A DNA stretch of 64,000 bases from a virus (IMGVR_UViG_3300037423_000600:41102-105101), one strand, 5' to 3'; positions 9,580 through 20,296 are shown, numbered from the stretch's first letter. A program made the numbers and translations. Notes: a model not told the origin generated them from the sequence alone.

Positions 9580-10156
9580 GTTTGAGGCATACCTGCAAAA
9601 CCGTCTTTCAACCATTACCTTACCGGATGAAAATGGTGCCCAAGTACCGATTTCGGCTTCCTACCGGATGTCGGGGACAAAGACAGGAAGTGCGGATGCC
9701 GACTCGAAGCGGCCCGGTATCATCTACCACAACTACGATGGACTTCATGATGTGAGCCGGGAAACTTCTGCGGTGATGCTAAAGGCAAGCTGGACGGCGA
9801 CGGATGTAGACATTAAGGATGCGCCTATCCCTTGGAACCTATACTACGAGTTCAACCTTCTGGCTGACTTTAGGATAGACCTTATTCCGATGGAGGTTCA
9901 ATTCCTTAAGTTGTTTCCGCCCCGAGGGGCCATTCAAGTAATTGACCCCGAGGACAACTCCCTCAATGCCTACGATTTCTTCCTTGTTCAGGTACTCCCC
10001 GGGGACAGTTATCTGGCCCTTAACAACGGCGGGGCAGTTCAAAAACGGATTTTTCGCAAGACATACCGATACGTGATACGCACGGAGACGGACTTCGCTA
10101 CAGCACAGACCTTCAAACGAGTCCTCGACATTCAAATCTCCGGCGACCAAATATAG
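9560..10156 (+). CDS. Tail terminator-like protein
   Basis: Position upstream of the sheath gene. Confidence 0.55.
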   Translation: MAIWIPEFEAYLQNRLSTITLPDENGAQVPISASYRMSGTKTGSADADSKRPGIIYHNYDGLHDVSRETSAVMLKASWTATDVDIKDAPIPWNLYYEFNLLADFRIDLIPMEVQFLKLFPPRGAIQVIDPEDNSLNAYDFFLVQVLPGDSYLALNNGGAVQKRIFRKTYRYVIRTETDFATAQTFKRVLDIQISGDQI

Positions 10157-10168
10157 GGAGGGCTTCTA

Positions 10169-10489
10169 ATGATGCTGTTCTTTTACAATAGGTGCATTAA
10201 CCAGCCTATCGAACTTGACTTTGGGCCGGAGAGTGTTCGTATTGAGCCCCTTCAATCCAAGATAGTGCCCGGGCATCCTGCGATGCTGGAGCACCCATCT
10301 GTGGTGGCTCACGTGAATGCAGGCAACTTGATTGCAAGTATTTACGAGTCTCCTACGGCCCCAAGTGTCGAGCCGGGAGTTATTGACGAGCCCGAAGCGG
10401 TAGTGACTGAGGCGGTTACCGAACCTGCGGCGGCCCCTTTAGAACAACCTGCTCCGGAGATTAAGGTTAAGGCTTCCCGGCGGAGATAA
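10169..10489 (+). CDS. Hypothetical protein
   Basis: RBS GGGAGG. Confidence 0.6.
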   Translation: MMLFFYNRCINQPIELDFGPESVRIEPLQSKIVPGHPAMLEHPSVVAHVNAGNLIASIYESPTAPSVEPGVIDEPEAVVTEAVTEPAAAPLEQPAPEIKVKASRRR

Positions 10490-10515
10490 TTTTATTCTGA
10501 TAAGGAGGGATTCAA

Positions 10516-12006
10516 ATGGCTGATTACTTACGCCCTGATGTTTTCGTAGAGGAGAAGAACTCCGGCCCCCGCCCGATTCAAGGGGTAGGAACCTCTACTG
10601 CGGCTTTTGTCGCACTTTCCCCTCGTGGAAAAATCGGCGTACCTCAACTGGTTACGTCTTGGACTGATTACGTAAATGCGGTTTCCTACGGTTTGGATAC
10701 GCCTTTCTTGGCGAACTCCTACGGAGCGTATGCCGTTTACGGCTTCTTCAATAACGGCGGTACCCGCGCCTATATTGTCCGTCCCGGCGACGGCTCCCAA
10801 GTTAAAGCCCAGTACACCTACACGGACGGCCAAGCAACTCCGGCGGACATCGTGAAGGTGGAAGCCTTGGATGAAGGCATATGGGGTAATAAGCTGTCCT
10901 CGCGTTTTGTAAATGGTCTAGCGGCTGGCAACTACGATTTTATCGTAAAGTTTGACGGTACGACTGTGGCAACGTACAAGGAAGTGTCCTTTGATGCTAC
11001 GCAGGATAACTTCATCGAGACGGCTGTTAATGGAACGGATAAGTTCGTATCCATTGACGTTCTGGGCTCCACCACTCCAACGCTTGTTGCGGGGGACATC
11101 GGGGTGGATAAGAACCTCTCCGGCGGTGCGGACGGTTCCTCCGGCATTGATTCTGACGACCTTCTGGGTACTTCGGGCCTTGCGGCTTTAGATACAGTGG
11201 ACAACATCAACATTGTTGTTATCCCTGAATCCCAAGCGGCCGCTACCATCACCGGAGCTTATGCTTGGTGTGAGAAGCGTAAGGATGCCTTCTTCGTCTG
11301 TGACGGAGCCCTTACCGATACAGTGGCTTCTATCCAAACGCTTCGTGCTTCCCTTGGTTCCAAGGATGCGTCTCTGTACTACCCTTGGATTGAAGTATCT
11401 GACCCTATCGGCAAAGGTACGGCTAAAACCAAGTTCGTTCCGGTGGCAGGTCACGTAGCTGGCGTTTACGCCCGCACGGACGGAACTCGCGGTGTTTACA
11501 AGGCTCCGGCGGGTATCGACGCAACGGTACGCGGAGCTCTTAGCACGAAGGTTACTGTTCAGGATGGGGAACGGGACGTATTGAACCCTAAAGGTATCAA
11601 CGTCATCCGTGTACTCTCCGGTGCAGGTATCGTCGTGTGGGGCGCACGTACTCTGGGTGCAGACCCGAAAGACCGCTACGTCAACGTTCGCCGGGGCCTG
11701 AAGAAAATCATCAAGTCCTTGGCGGAAGGCTCTCAATGGGCGGTGTTCGAGCCAAACAATACCGACACATGGCGGCAAATGCGGGTTCAAGCGAACTCCT
11801 TCCTTTTAGGCGAGTTTAAGGTAGGTGCCTTCAAAGGCGATACCCCGGCACAAGCCTTCTTCGTGAAGTGTGACGCCGAACTCAATACGCAGGAAGAAGT
11901 CGATGCTGGCCGCATCAATGAGGAAGTCGGCGTGGCTTTCAACAAGCCGGGCGAGTTCATCATCATTCGTATCGGCCAATGGGACGGCGGAGTGAGCGTA
12001 AGCTAG
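10516..12006 (+). CDS. Tail sheath protein
   Basis: PDVFVEE, YYPWI.V.DP, RGVYKAPAG, WGARTL, WAVFEPN motifs. Confidence 0.95.
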   Translation: MADYLRPDVFVEEKNSGPRPIQGVGTSTAAFVALSPRGKIGVPQLVTSWTDYVNAVSYGLDTPFLANSYGAYAVYGFFNNGGTRAYIVRPGDGSQVKAQYTYTDGQATPADIVKVEALDEGIWGNKLSSRFVNGLAAGNYDFIVKFDGTTVATYKEVSFDATQDNFIETAVNGTDKFVSIDVLGSTTPTLVAGDIGVDKNLSGGADGSSGIDSDDLLGTSGLAALDTVDNINIVVIPESQAAATITGAYAWCEKRKDAFFVCDGALTDTVASIQTLRASLGSKDASLYYPWIEVSDPIGKGTAKTKFVPVAGHVAGVYARTDGTRGVYKAPAGIDATVRGALSTKVTVQDGERDVLNPKGINVIRVLSGAGIVVWGARTLGADPKDRYVNVRRGLKKIIKSLAEGSQWAVFEPNNTDTWRQMRVQANSFLLGEFKVGAFKGDTPAQAFFVKCDAELNTQEEVDAGRINEEVGVAFNKPGEFIIIRIGQWDGGVSVS

Positions 12007-12063
12007 TCTTACGCTTCTTCCTCTCTTCTTTCTTATTAACTCTACTCTAAGGAGGTATTCACT

Positions 12064-12504
12064 ATGGGCCGTTCTCAAGTTAAAGACCCGTTGCAACAGT
12101 TCCGCTTTAAGGTGGAGGTTCCCGGTCTGGACGCGGCTATTGGCTTCACTGAAGTCGATGGTCTGGACTCCGAAATCGAGGTAACCGAGTACCGCGAAGG
12201 CGGATTCAAGGCTACCCGTAAACTGCCGGGCATCGAGAAAACAGGTGTGGTTACTCTTAAGCGCGGAGCGTTCAAGAATAACGAGACTTACCTGTTGTTC
12301 CGTCAGTCCTTGGATAATGTGGACTTCCGTAAGACGGTCACCGTTATCGAGCAGGACCGTATGGGCAATAACGTTCGCCAATGGACGCTGGAAGAGACTT
12401 GGGCATCCAAGTTCACAGGCCCTTCCCTCAATGCCACTTCTTCGGAAGTCAGCATCGAGTCCATCGAACTGCAAACCGAAGAAATCAACGTCGCAACGGT
12501 TTAA
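12064..12504 (+). CDS. Tail tube protein (T4 gp19 / Afp1-like)
   Basis: DPL..FRF.VE, EYREGG, KLPG, VTLKRG motifs. Confidence 0.93.
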   Translation: MGRSQVKDPLQQFRFKVEVPGLDAAIGFTEVDGLDSEIEVTEYREGGFKATRKLPGIEKTGVVTLKRGAFKNNETYLLFRQSLDNVDFRKTVTVIEQDRMGNNVRQWTLEETWASKFTGPSLNATSSEVSIESIELQTEEINVATV

Positions 12505-12579
12505 TGAAATGGGGTGGGCTCCGCCCGCCCTATTCCTACTTATTCACATTGAAAACATCCACTTTAGGAGGACACGACT

Positions 12580-13377
12580 ATGGCACAGGAAAAGAATCGG
12601 GAATATGAACTTACGGCAGAAGGCAACATCATCTTTACGCTGGAACACGGCGTTGAGTACAATGGGGAAACCCACACGGAAGTAGAAATGCGTGAAATCC
12701 TCGGCGTGGACGAGGAAGCGATTGCTAAACCGGAGGTCAAAAACAACATTGGCCGCCTAATTTCCACCCTTTTATCCGGCACGACCCTTCGTATCGGAAC
12801 CTTAACACCTAAGAGTTTCAAGAAGCCCTCGGAGTGGTTTAACCTGATTCATAAACTCCCGCTGGGCGACCGCGATACCATGATGCTGATGCTCCGCATT
12901 GTCACTAAAGGAAACGCGGAACTTAAAATCGAAACTAAGTGTCCGAACGATGACTGCAAATGTGACATCGAACACATGGTAGACCTCGACACGGACATTG
13001 AGTATAAACCTTTGGAAGTGGACCCGGACGGATTCTCCGTTGAACTTCCGAAGCCGCATAAGGACGAGAAGAACGAAACCATGGTGAAAGAAGCCTTCCT
13101 GCGGCTCCCTAACGGCGATGACCAAGAAACATTGGACACGATTGGCCGTAAAAATGCCGGGCAAGCGAATACGCAACTGTTGGTTCGCTGTTTGAAGAAA
13201 TTCGGGGATATGACGATCAATCCGGCTTTAGCCCGGTCGATGTCTACCACGAACCGAGAGTTCCTGATTCGTCAGCTTTCGGAAAAACAATTTGGCCCTA
13301 AAATGGTTCTGGATATTGAGTGCCCTTCCTGCGGTACAGAAATTAAGCATGGGGTACACCCTGTAAATTTTCTGTAA
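12580..13377 (+). CDS. Tail assembly chaperone (two CxxC-type Zn motifs)
   Basis: Lies between tube and tape measure; CP..C motifs. Confidence 0.8.
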   Translation: MAQEKNREYELTAEGNIIFTLEHGVEYNGETHTEVEMREILGVDEEAIAKPEVKNNIGRLISTLLSGTTLRIGTLTPKSFKKPSEWFNLIHKLPLGDRDTMMLMLRIVTKGNAELKIETKCPNDDCKCDIEHMVDLDTDIEYKPLEVDPDGFSVELPKPHKDEKNETMVKEAFLRLPNGDDQETLDTIGRKNAGQANTQLLVRCLKKFGDMTINPALARSMSTTNREFLIRQLSEKQFGPKMVLDIECPSCGTEIKHGVHPVNFL

Positions 13378-13577
13378 GTGAGTTCATTGGCCGGGAGTTC
13401 GAGGTAGAAATAGACCTCGACCTCACCTTTGACGAGTATCATCTTATCGCCCGGTACTATCATTGGTCCCGGGCGGAAATCAAAGGATTAGCGGTCAGTG
13501 AGCGGAGGAAGTGGGTAGACAAAATCATTGAACACGAAAAGGCCATTAACGGCACAGCCGATGAAACCCCTCAGTAG
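13365..13577 (+). CDS. -1 frameshift extension of tail chaperone (gpE'/DUF6760-like)
   Basis: A-AAT-TTT slippery heptamer; -1 frame reads ...YHLIARYYHWSRAEIKGLAVSERRKWVDKII... Confidence 0.8.
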   Translation, partial: KFSVSEFIGREFEVEIDLDLTFDEYHLIARYYHWSRAEIKGLAVSERRKWVDKIIEHEKAINGTADETPQ

Positions 13578-13588
13578 AAAGTGGGTGA

Positions 13589-16500
13589 ATGGTCATGTTT
13601 GGTTCAATAATTCACGTAGGCATTAACTTCATTACGCAAAATCTTGGGAAGGCTCTCTCTGGACTGAATCAGTTGGCGGGGGCCTTTCAACAAGCCCACC
13701 AACAGGCACAAATCTTTGCCAATGGTGTGAATACCGTTGTTAACCAAACCAATAACGGAATGAGCCGCTTAAGGAAAGCGTTACAGCATAATTGGGCGAA
13801 TGAATACCGTAGTCTTGTGAATGGCTTGAATATGTCGCACGAGGACGCTTTAGAGTCCATTACCAAGAAGTACGATAACCAATGGCGGGAGATTGCGAAC
13901 AAGTACCAATCTCTCGTTATGGGTTCCGTCGCTCTTTCGATGTCCGGTATTGGCTTGAAAAACGTGGGGCTTGGCCTCGGCGGGTTCCTAAAGGAATCGG
14001 TGGACCAAGCGACTCAATACGAACTGGTGATGAAGCAAATCAGTTGGTACGGTAAAGAAACGGTAAAGACGGACCAAGATAGACTCAAGTTAAACAGGGA
14101 AATCTTCCAACTCGGCCGGGACTTGCCTGTAACAACCTCGGAAGTCGCTACTTCCATGCTTACCGCCATGAAAACCGGGTACTCGGACCTGAACGATGCT
14201 ATCGCGATGGGTAAAGAGGCGTCCAAGATTCAATTTATGTCGATGGGTAAGCTGAAAGGCGAGGACTCTCTCAAATTCGTAAACTTGGCGCGGCAGTTGA
14301 TGGGGGTAGACGCTCAGAAAGCTTCCTCGGTAACGGATGCTATCCTTAAGACGGCGGACGTATCCGCGCTGGACCCGGAAGGACTCTTTAGGGCGATGAT
14401 GTCCTCCCGTTCGGCTAAAGAGAACTTGAAGCTGGATAATGCGTCTTTCTTCGCCCTTCTCGGCGGCATGGGTAACGTGCTGAATGAACGGGGCGCAGGT
14501 GAAGCGTTGAACGTATTCTCCCGAGGCCAGCTTCAAGCATTCGGTTCTAAGCCGGACTCGAAGCGGGGAAAGCTCTGGAATATGCTCGGCATTGACCTTG
14601 AAAAAGAAGGCGACGATATGTTGGCCGTCATTGACAAGGTAGTGAACCGAAGCCACGAACTGTGGGGCGACACTTTCACCCGGCGGGAAAAATTGATGGA
14701 TATCTTCGGTAACGATGCCTTGACTCTTCTCTCCGCCTACGAGGTTAACAAACGGAACTCCGGGATGACGCTTACGGAAATGAGAAATCAGATTCAGGCG
14801 GCTACCGGAACTAAAGATGCTCGGGGTAAATCTTACTCGGATAATGCTGTGGACACGTTCACCAATTCGATGTACGGTTTGCAGGAACAGCTTAAGGGTG
14901 TGCGGGAGCAGTTCTACATCCTCTTCGGCTTGGCTATTGGTCCGGGCTTCAATCTAATTGTGAAGCAACTCACCAATATGCTCTCCGGCATCAATCGGTT
15001 CTTGGAGGACCACCCGAAAATCGCTAGGTATACGGGCTACATTCTCGGTATGGCGGCGGCCTTTACGGTGGCGGCTGGGTCCCTGCTTCTGTTCGCGGGC
15101 TTGATTGTAGGTACGTACTCCTCCATCATGGCCTTTACGACGAACATGATTCGGAATACCCGGGTAGCAGAACTTCTCGGAATGCAGATGTCCACGACCG
15201 GAGACTTAATCAACAATAAATTTATCAATCCGGCGAAGAAGGCTCTTATGTTCATGGGTCGGATGGCTTTAGCATCAGGGCTTCTCTATCTGGCTTGGAG
15301 ATACGACTTCCTTGGCCTTCGGACCTATACGGAATCTTTCACGACTCGTTTCCAAATCGCCATGAAGCGGGTAGACGAAACCATGAACCTGTTCCGTAAC
15401 GGCTCGGTAAAGGACTTCGTTAGTTCTTTCCAAGACCTCGGAAATCGAGGATTCTGGGGCGGTCTTACCCGAGGTATTGTCTCCTTCATGGCCTTAATGG
15501 ACGGCGTGTTCCAAGCGTGGTCGGGGAATACCATTTCCAAGGATATGTATGACAAGCTTAAGGGTGCAGGGCTCCTTAAGGCTCTGGAACTTATTCTCGA
15601 CGTAAAACAGGCCGTAACCGACCTTTGGACAGGCTTTGTAGCCGGGGTATCCGAAGGGGCTAAAATCCTTTGGCCTATTCTTAAGCCTCTGTGGGAATTT
15701 GCGAAGTGGGCTTATGAAAAAGTCACGGGAATCCTCGAACACTTCGGTCTTATGAAGAATGTTCAGTCTGGACTTACGTCCGATTGGCAAAAGATGGGCG
15801 GTTCTATCGGCTTAATCGTAGGCGGTCTTATCGCCTTGAAAATCGGCGTTAAGGCATGGTCGGTGGCTTTAGGAACTCCGCTCAAGGCCATGTGGAATAT
15901 CTACAAGGTCATGCGCCTGCTTATCTCCGGAGGGAAGAACTTCGGGAATTGGTTTAAGGGCGGTGGCCCCGGCCGGATGGCGGGCGGCGGGTCGGCTAGG
16001 GCGGCAAATGGAGCCTTTAACGGTCTGATGCGGATTGGTGGTTGGGTATTTGGAACCAAGCAAACCCGGTTAGCCGCAAATGCCTTAAATAATCTTCGGA
16101 ATAAGAATCGGACGTTTATTCCTCAACCGAACCAACTCAATCTACCCGGCCCAACGAACCGGAATGCGGCACAGAACCGTATGGCGTGGCTTGCCGATAA
16201 ATTCGGCGGCGGGGAAATGATTCAGCGAAATGGCCGTGCTAACTCGGTTCGTAGTCGAGGCTTCCTTGGTAGACTTACCGATACGCTCCTTGGTCGGAGG
16301 CTTATGGTAGAACGTGCGGCGAATGGCACTTTAGGGGTTCGTGGCCGGGATGCTCAAGGCAGAGGCACTTACCGCTTTCTGACTCAGGCGGAGAAGCAAG
16401 AGTTCCAACAACGGGGTGCGCTTCGTCGGGGTGGATTGTTCCGGAATATCGGGAACTTCTGGGAAGGCTGGGTGAAGCATTCGAGTAAACAGGGTATCGT

Positions 16501-17596
16501 TTCTGGAGGGACCCGCACTTTATTACGCGGTGGGGGTGGACTCTTAGGCGGCATCGGGAAACTCGGATTGTCCCTCGGAAAAGGCTTGCTAGGCGGGTTA
16601 GGTAAGGTGTTACTCGGCGGGGTTCCTTTCCTATTTAAGGCGGCCTTTAGGCTTATCCCTATCATCGGCTGGGCTCTCTCGGCTTGGGAGATTATCTCGC
16701 TTATCTGGGAGAATTGGGAGCCGATTAAGAAAGGCGCGGCTAAAGCGTGGAACTGGATTAAGACTGAGGGTGTAACCAAGATGCGGCAGGCGTGGGAATG
16801 GGTCAAAACGGATGGGGTGATGTACCTCGGCCAGTTCTCGGATTGGTTCGTGAATACCGGGCTCCCGGTGGCTACTCAAGGTCTGATTGACGGCTTCTCC
16901 GCCGCGTGGAATTGGGCGAAGGATGACGGTGTGAAGTATCTCGGGGAATTTGCGGATTGGTGGTACTTTACTGCGCTTCCGGCCATCGGCAAGGCCCTTG
17001 TTGATGCGATGTCGAGTGCGTGGACCAAGGTAAAGGAGAATTTGTCCGACTCCACATGGCTCCCGGATTGGATGAAGAAGCTTCTTGGCATCGAGGTTAA
17101 GCCTACGGGCGGAACGGCCTCCACCGGAAACACGCTGGCAAGCGAGGCTACCAAAACCTTCGGGCTGGTTCAAAAAGGAGCTACCTTCTTCAATTACGCG
17201 ACTCATCCGGTCGATGCGGCCATTACTGATATCGGCGGTAACCTCATCAAGAAGGCGGCGCAGAAGGCTTTAGGGTACCCGTCCTCTCACGTAGGTTCTA
17301 AAGTCGAGGATGAAGGTCTGGTTAACGTGGCTCCCGGCGAGGTTATCCTCCGGGATAGAACGGTTCGGGACTTCGAGAACTATGTCGCCTCTTCTAAAGC
17401 GGCCAATCGTTCGGCGGCTCCGGCAGGCGGAGGAGATACATCCATCAACTTCGCTCCGGGTGCGGTCACAATCAATCTGGCGAATGCGTCCCAAGGTGAA
17501 ATCCAGCGGGGTGCGCGGCAGTTGTTCGAGGAGTTCAAGCGTATGGTGGAGACAGAAAATATGCGGAATTACCGTTCCGCTCGGGCGAAAGGGTGA
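13589..17596 (+). CDS. Tape measure protein
   Basis: 1335 aa, helical, hydrophobic central segment and W-repeats; position. Confidence 0.92.
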   Translation: MVMFGSIIHVGINFITQNLGKALSGLNQLAGAFQQAHQQAQIFANGVNTVVNQTNNGMSRLRKALQHNWANEYRSLVNGLNMSHEDALESITKKYDNQWREIANKYQSLVMGSVALSMSGIGLKNVGLGLGGFLKESVDQATQYELVMKQISWYGKETVKTDQDRLKLNREIFQLGRDLPVTTSEVATSMLTAMKTGYSDLNDAIAMGKEASKIQFMSMGKLKGEDSLKFVNLARQLMGVDAQKASSVTDAILKTADVSALDPEGLFRAMMSSRSAKENLKLDNASFFALLGGMGNVLNERGAGEALNVFSRGQLQAFGSKPDSKRGKLWNMLGIDLEKEGDDMLAVIDKVVNRSHELWGDTFTRREKLMDIFGNDALTLLSAYEVNKRNSGMTLTEMRNQIQAATGTKDARGKSYSDNAVDTFTNSMYGLQEQLKGVREQFYILFGLAIGPGFNLIVKQLTNMLSGINRFLEDHPKIARYTGYILGMAAAFTVAAGSLLLFAGLIVGTYSSIMAFTTNMIRNTRVAELLGMQMSTTGDLINNKFINPAKKALMFMGRMALASGLLYLAWRYDFLGLRTYTESFTTRFQIAMKRVDETMNLFRNGSVKDFVSSFQDLGNRGFWGGLTRGIVSFMALMDGVFQAWSGNTISKDMYDKLKGAGLLKALELILDVKQAVTDLWTGFVAGVSEGAKILWPILKPLWEFAKWAYEKVTGILEHFGLMKNVQSGLTSDWQKMGGSIGLIVGGLIALKIGVKAWSVALGTPLKAMWNIYKVMRLLISGGKNFGNWFKGGGPGRMAGGGSARAANGAFNGLMRIGGWVFGTKQTRLAANALNNLRNKNRTFIPQPNQLNLPGPTNRNAAQNRMAWLADKFGGGEMIQRNGRANSVRSRGFLGRLTDTLLGRRLMVERAANGTLGVRGRDAQGRGTYRFLTQAEKQEFQQRGALRRGGLFRNIGNFWEGWVKHSSKQGIVSGGTRTLLRGGGGLLGGIGKLGLSLGKGLLGGLGKVLLGGVPFLFKAAFRLIPIIGWALSAWEIISLIWENWEPIKKGAAKAWNWIKTEGVTKMRQAWEWVKTDGVMYLGQFSDWFVNTGLPVATQGLIDGFSAAWNWAKDDGVKYLGEFADWWYFTALPAIGKALVDAMSSAWTKVKENLSDSTWLPDWMKKLLGIEVKPTGGTASTGNTLASEATKTFGLVQKGATFFNYATHPVDAAITDIGGNLIKKAAQKALGYPSSHVGSKVEDEGLVNVAPGEVILRDRTVRDFENYVASSKAANRSAAPAGGGDTSINFAPGAVTINLANASQGEIQRGARQLFEEFKRMVETENMRNYRSARAKG

Positions 17597-17602
17597 TAGG
17601 GT

Positions 17603-18082
17603 ATGGCGCGAGAACAAGTCAAAAAAGCCTACATCCAAAACAACGCCACGAATGACATCATGGAGTTTCAATTTAATCCACCGGAGTTTAATGACAAGCT
17701 GGGGGTTGAGTTCTCTGAACTCTCCTCCCCGGGGATGTCGGCTCCGATGTTTCAATACATCGGCGGGAAGGCTCGTGTGGTGACGTTTGAACTCTACCTT
17801 AATGCGTGGACGGGGTATCGGGGACAGGTTCCTATTGGGCCGTCGCCGGAAGGGGTGGTATCGGACCTGTATGTTAAGGCTCCGATACGATTCCTCCACT
17901 CGTTCCTACCTCCGGCGGACGCAGGCAAAACCTTTAGTCCACCGCCGACTATGACGTTCGCATGGGGATGGTTTGTAAAAACTTGTATCCTTACGGACTT
18001 GGATATCAATTACACCCGGTTCAACGCTCAACTTGACCCGATTGAGGCGAAGGTAAATCTGACGTTGACCATCTTGGAATAG
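17603..18082 (+). CDS. Tail tube initiator (CIS tube-like)
   Basis: FQFNP.E, PPP...F.WG, YT.F motifs. Confidence 0.8.
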   Translation: MAREQVKKAYIQNNATNDIMEFQFNPPEFNDKLGVEFSELSSPGMSAPMFQYIGGKARVVTFELYLNAWTGYRGQVPIGPSPEGVVSDLYVKAPIRFLHSFLPPADAGKTFSPPPTMTFAWGWFVKTCILTDLDINYTRFNAQLDPIEAKVNLTLTILE

Positions 18083-18093
18083 GAGGCGGGCTT

Positions 18094-18399
18094 ATGGCAA
18101 TTTATCGCGGCTCCCGATATGAAAAAGTCATCGTAACCAATCAAATCGTAAAAGGCCGAGTCCGCCCTACTTTCCGGCGGAGGACGCTAAAGCCGATTGT
18201 GGCTCTTAACGGAGTGGTGCATACGTGGATTCAAGGTGATAGGCTGGACACCTTGGCTTACAAGTATTATGGTGACGCTCAGAAATGGTGGGTTATACTC
18301 GACGCAAATCCCCGGTTTATGACTCCTTTTGACATCCGGCCGGGCGATACGCTGTCGATTCCTTCCTACCAAGACGTTCGGAGGTCTTTAGGCTTATGA
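18094..18399 (+). CDS. LysM / tail X baseplate protein
   Basis: GDRLDTLAYKYYGD..KWWVI.DANP. Confidence 0.88.
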   Translation: MAIYRGSRYEKVIVTNQIVKGRVRPTFRRRTLKPIVALNGVVHTWIQGDRLDTLAYKYYGDAQKWWVILDANPRFMTPFDIRPGDTLSIPSYQDVRRSLGL

Positions 18400-19247
18400 G
18401 TGCGGAGTACGATTACAGGTCAATCCTTGCTCCCTATTACGAGGTATGGCTTGGAGGCAGGCAACTGGAGGGGTTGGAGAACCAGCTTATCCGGGATGTG
18501 GTCTACGAGGACACTTCCTCCGGTTCCGACCTTCTCATTATTACCTTCCAAGACCCGGACTTTAACATCATTGACAGCCCATTGGTGATAAAGGCTTCTC
18601 CGGTGAAATTCGTCGGCGGGTGGTTGTTTGATAATAAGGAATTGTTTGATGGGTATATCGCTCAGGCGGAAGTCGATTTCCCTAAAGATGGAGTACCTAC
18701 TCTTACGGTAACCTGCATGGACAAATCCTACGTTATGGACCGGATAGAGAGGTACGAAGTCTACAAGGATATGCGGTATGACCAGATTGCTACAAAGATT
18801 GCTCAACGGAACGGGCTCTCTATTAAGACTCAGCCCGCCCCGTTTGACAAGAAGCCAAGCGGGAAGGACCGGGAAAATGTCACGCAGTCGCAGAAAACAG
18901 ACATTCAATTTCTCACGGATTTAGCCAACGACATTGAATGGTTATGTTGGGTAAAGGGGGACACTCTTTACTTCCTCCCGCCGGATTACAGCGCGGAACC
19001 TGCTAAAACTTACTGGTGGCGGCGGCCGCCGTTTAATCTCCTTTCCTTTAATCCAAAATTGGTTCATGCGGATACTACGGACGGCATTTCTACCGGAAAT
19101 ATCGACCCCGTAACCGGAAAGCCTACCAATGATACGGCTGATTCGGGTACTCAGGTAGACCGCTTGGGCGAAAAGAAAGACAAACCGGGTATGAAATACG
19201 ACCCGTATACAAATAGCTGGCGGGAAGCAGGTGAGGTAGATGGCTGA
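18396..19247 (+). CDS. Baseplate hub (gpD-like), N-terminal part
   Basis: Q...TDIQFL..LA motif; synteny. Confidence 0.8.
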   Translation: MSAEYDYRSILAPYYEVWLGGRQLEGLENQLIRDVVYEDTSSGSDLLIITFQDPDFNIIDSPLVIKASPVKFVGGWLFDNKELFDGYIAQAEVDFPKDGVPTLTVTCMDKSYVMDRIERYEVYKDMRYDQIATKIAQRNGLSIKTQPAPFDKKPSGKDRENVTQSQKTDIQFLTDLANDIEWLCWVKGDTLYFLPPDYSAEPAKTYWWRRPPFNLLSFNPKLVHADTTDGISTGNIDPVTGKPTNDTADSGTQVDRLGEKKDKPGMKYDPYTNSWREAGEVDG

Positions 19248-19833
19248 CCAAACCGGAGTGCAGTATGACTCACACACTCATTCATGGAAAGAGATTTACG
19301 GACCTACGGAGGACACGTCTACCTCCCCGGTCCAGCCTCAGAACTCCCCCTCTACCCCTACGGCTTCCGGCGGTGGTGCGGAAGGAGACTCGGCCAAGAA
19401 GTTCCGAGATAGGGAGTTTAACTTGGAAGGAACGGCGGCCATAATGCCGAGCCCCCACACCGAGGCCCGGACGGTTGTCGAATTTATGGGCTTAGGGGCC
19501 CAATTCTCCGGAAGGTACTATGTCAAGACTGTCCGTAGTACGTGGTCTAAAGATGGCGGATATACGCAAGAACTTGAGGTTAAACGTAATGGTTTTGCCG
19601 GATTTACCACTCCTATTCCTACCCCGGCGGAGACGAGTCCAAACCGTCAACCTAGGGCACAAGTCCCGGTAGAAAATGATGCTACATACTACACAGTCAA
19701 ACAAGGTGATACGTTATGGTCCATTGCAAAACAGTTTTATGGGGATGGCAAGGAATACACAAAAATTTCTACGGCCAATAACCTTGCGAACCCGAGCGAT
19801 ATAGCGGCGGGGCAGGAATTGCTTATTCCATAG
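19240..19833 (+). CDS. Hub C-terminal part fused to LysM
   Basis: GLG.QFSGRYYVK.V...GY.Q; YTVKQGDTLWSIAKQFYG. Confidence 0.8.
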   Translation: MADQTGVQYDSHTHSWKEIYGPTEDTSTSPVQPQNSPSTPTASGGGAEGDSAKKFRDREFNLEGTAAIMPSPHTEARTVVEFMGLGAQFSGRYYVKTVRSTWSKDGGYTQELEVKRNGFAGFTTPIPTPAETSPNRQPRAQVPVENDATYYTVKQGDTLWSIAKQFYGDGKEYTKISTANNLANPSDIAAGQELLIP

Positions 19834-19846
19834 GGAGTGATAACGG

Positions 19847-20296
19847 ATGGCAGATTACGGCTTTGGCTTGGAACGAAAGGACCGAAACTACGGGACAACC
19901 TTCTTTGGGAAATACCGTGGCGAGGTCATTGATATAGAGGACCCGCTTAAGATGGGCCGGATAAAGGGACGATGCCCAAGAGTCCTCGGGCCTTTAGGGG
20001 AAACAAATTGGGCTTTACCCAATCTCCCGCCGGGCTTTAAGTGTCTGCCGCAGGTAGGCGACAAGGTATGGTTCGAGTTTGAGGAAGGGGACCCTGACTA
20101 CCCGATATGGACCGGGGTATGGTTCACGCAGGACGAGTATACGCCAGAAACGACGGAATTGGTCCTCACGGCGGAGACGGTATTTATGAATGACCGGAAG
20201 CCTTTAGAGGAATTGGATACCCAACAGGAAGAACTCGACGCTCACCAAGACACGCTTGATAATCACGAATCACGGATTTCTAGTCTGGGGGGATAA
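19847..20296 (+). CDS. Baseplate spike (gpV / Vgr OB-fold)
   Basis: GKYRGEV...DP..GRI, P.VGD.VW.EFE.GD. Confidence 0.9.
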   Translation: MADYGFGLERKDRNYGTTFFGKYRGEVIDIEDPLKMGRIKGRCPRVLGPLGETNWALPNLPPGFKCLPQVGDKVWFEFEEGDPDYPIWTGVWFTQDEYTPETTELVLTAETVFMNDRKPLEELDTQQEELDAHQDTLDNHESRISSLGG

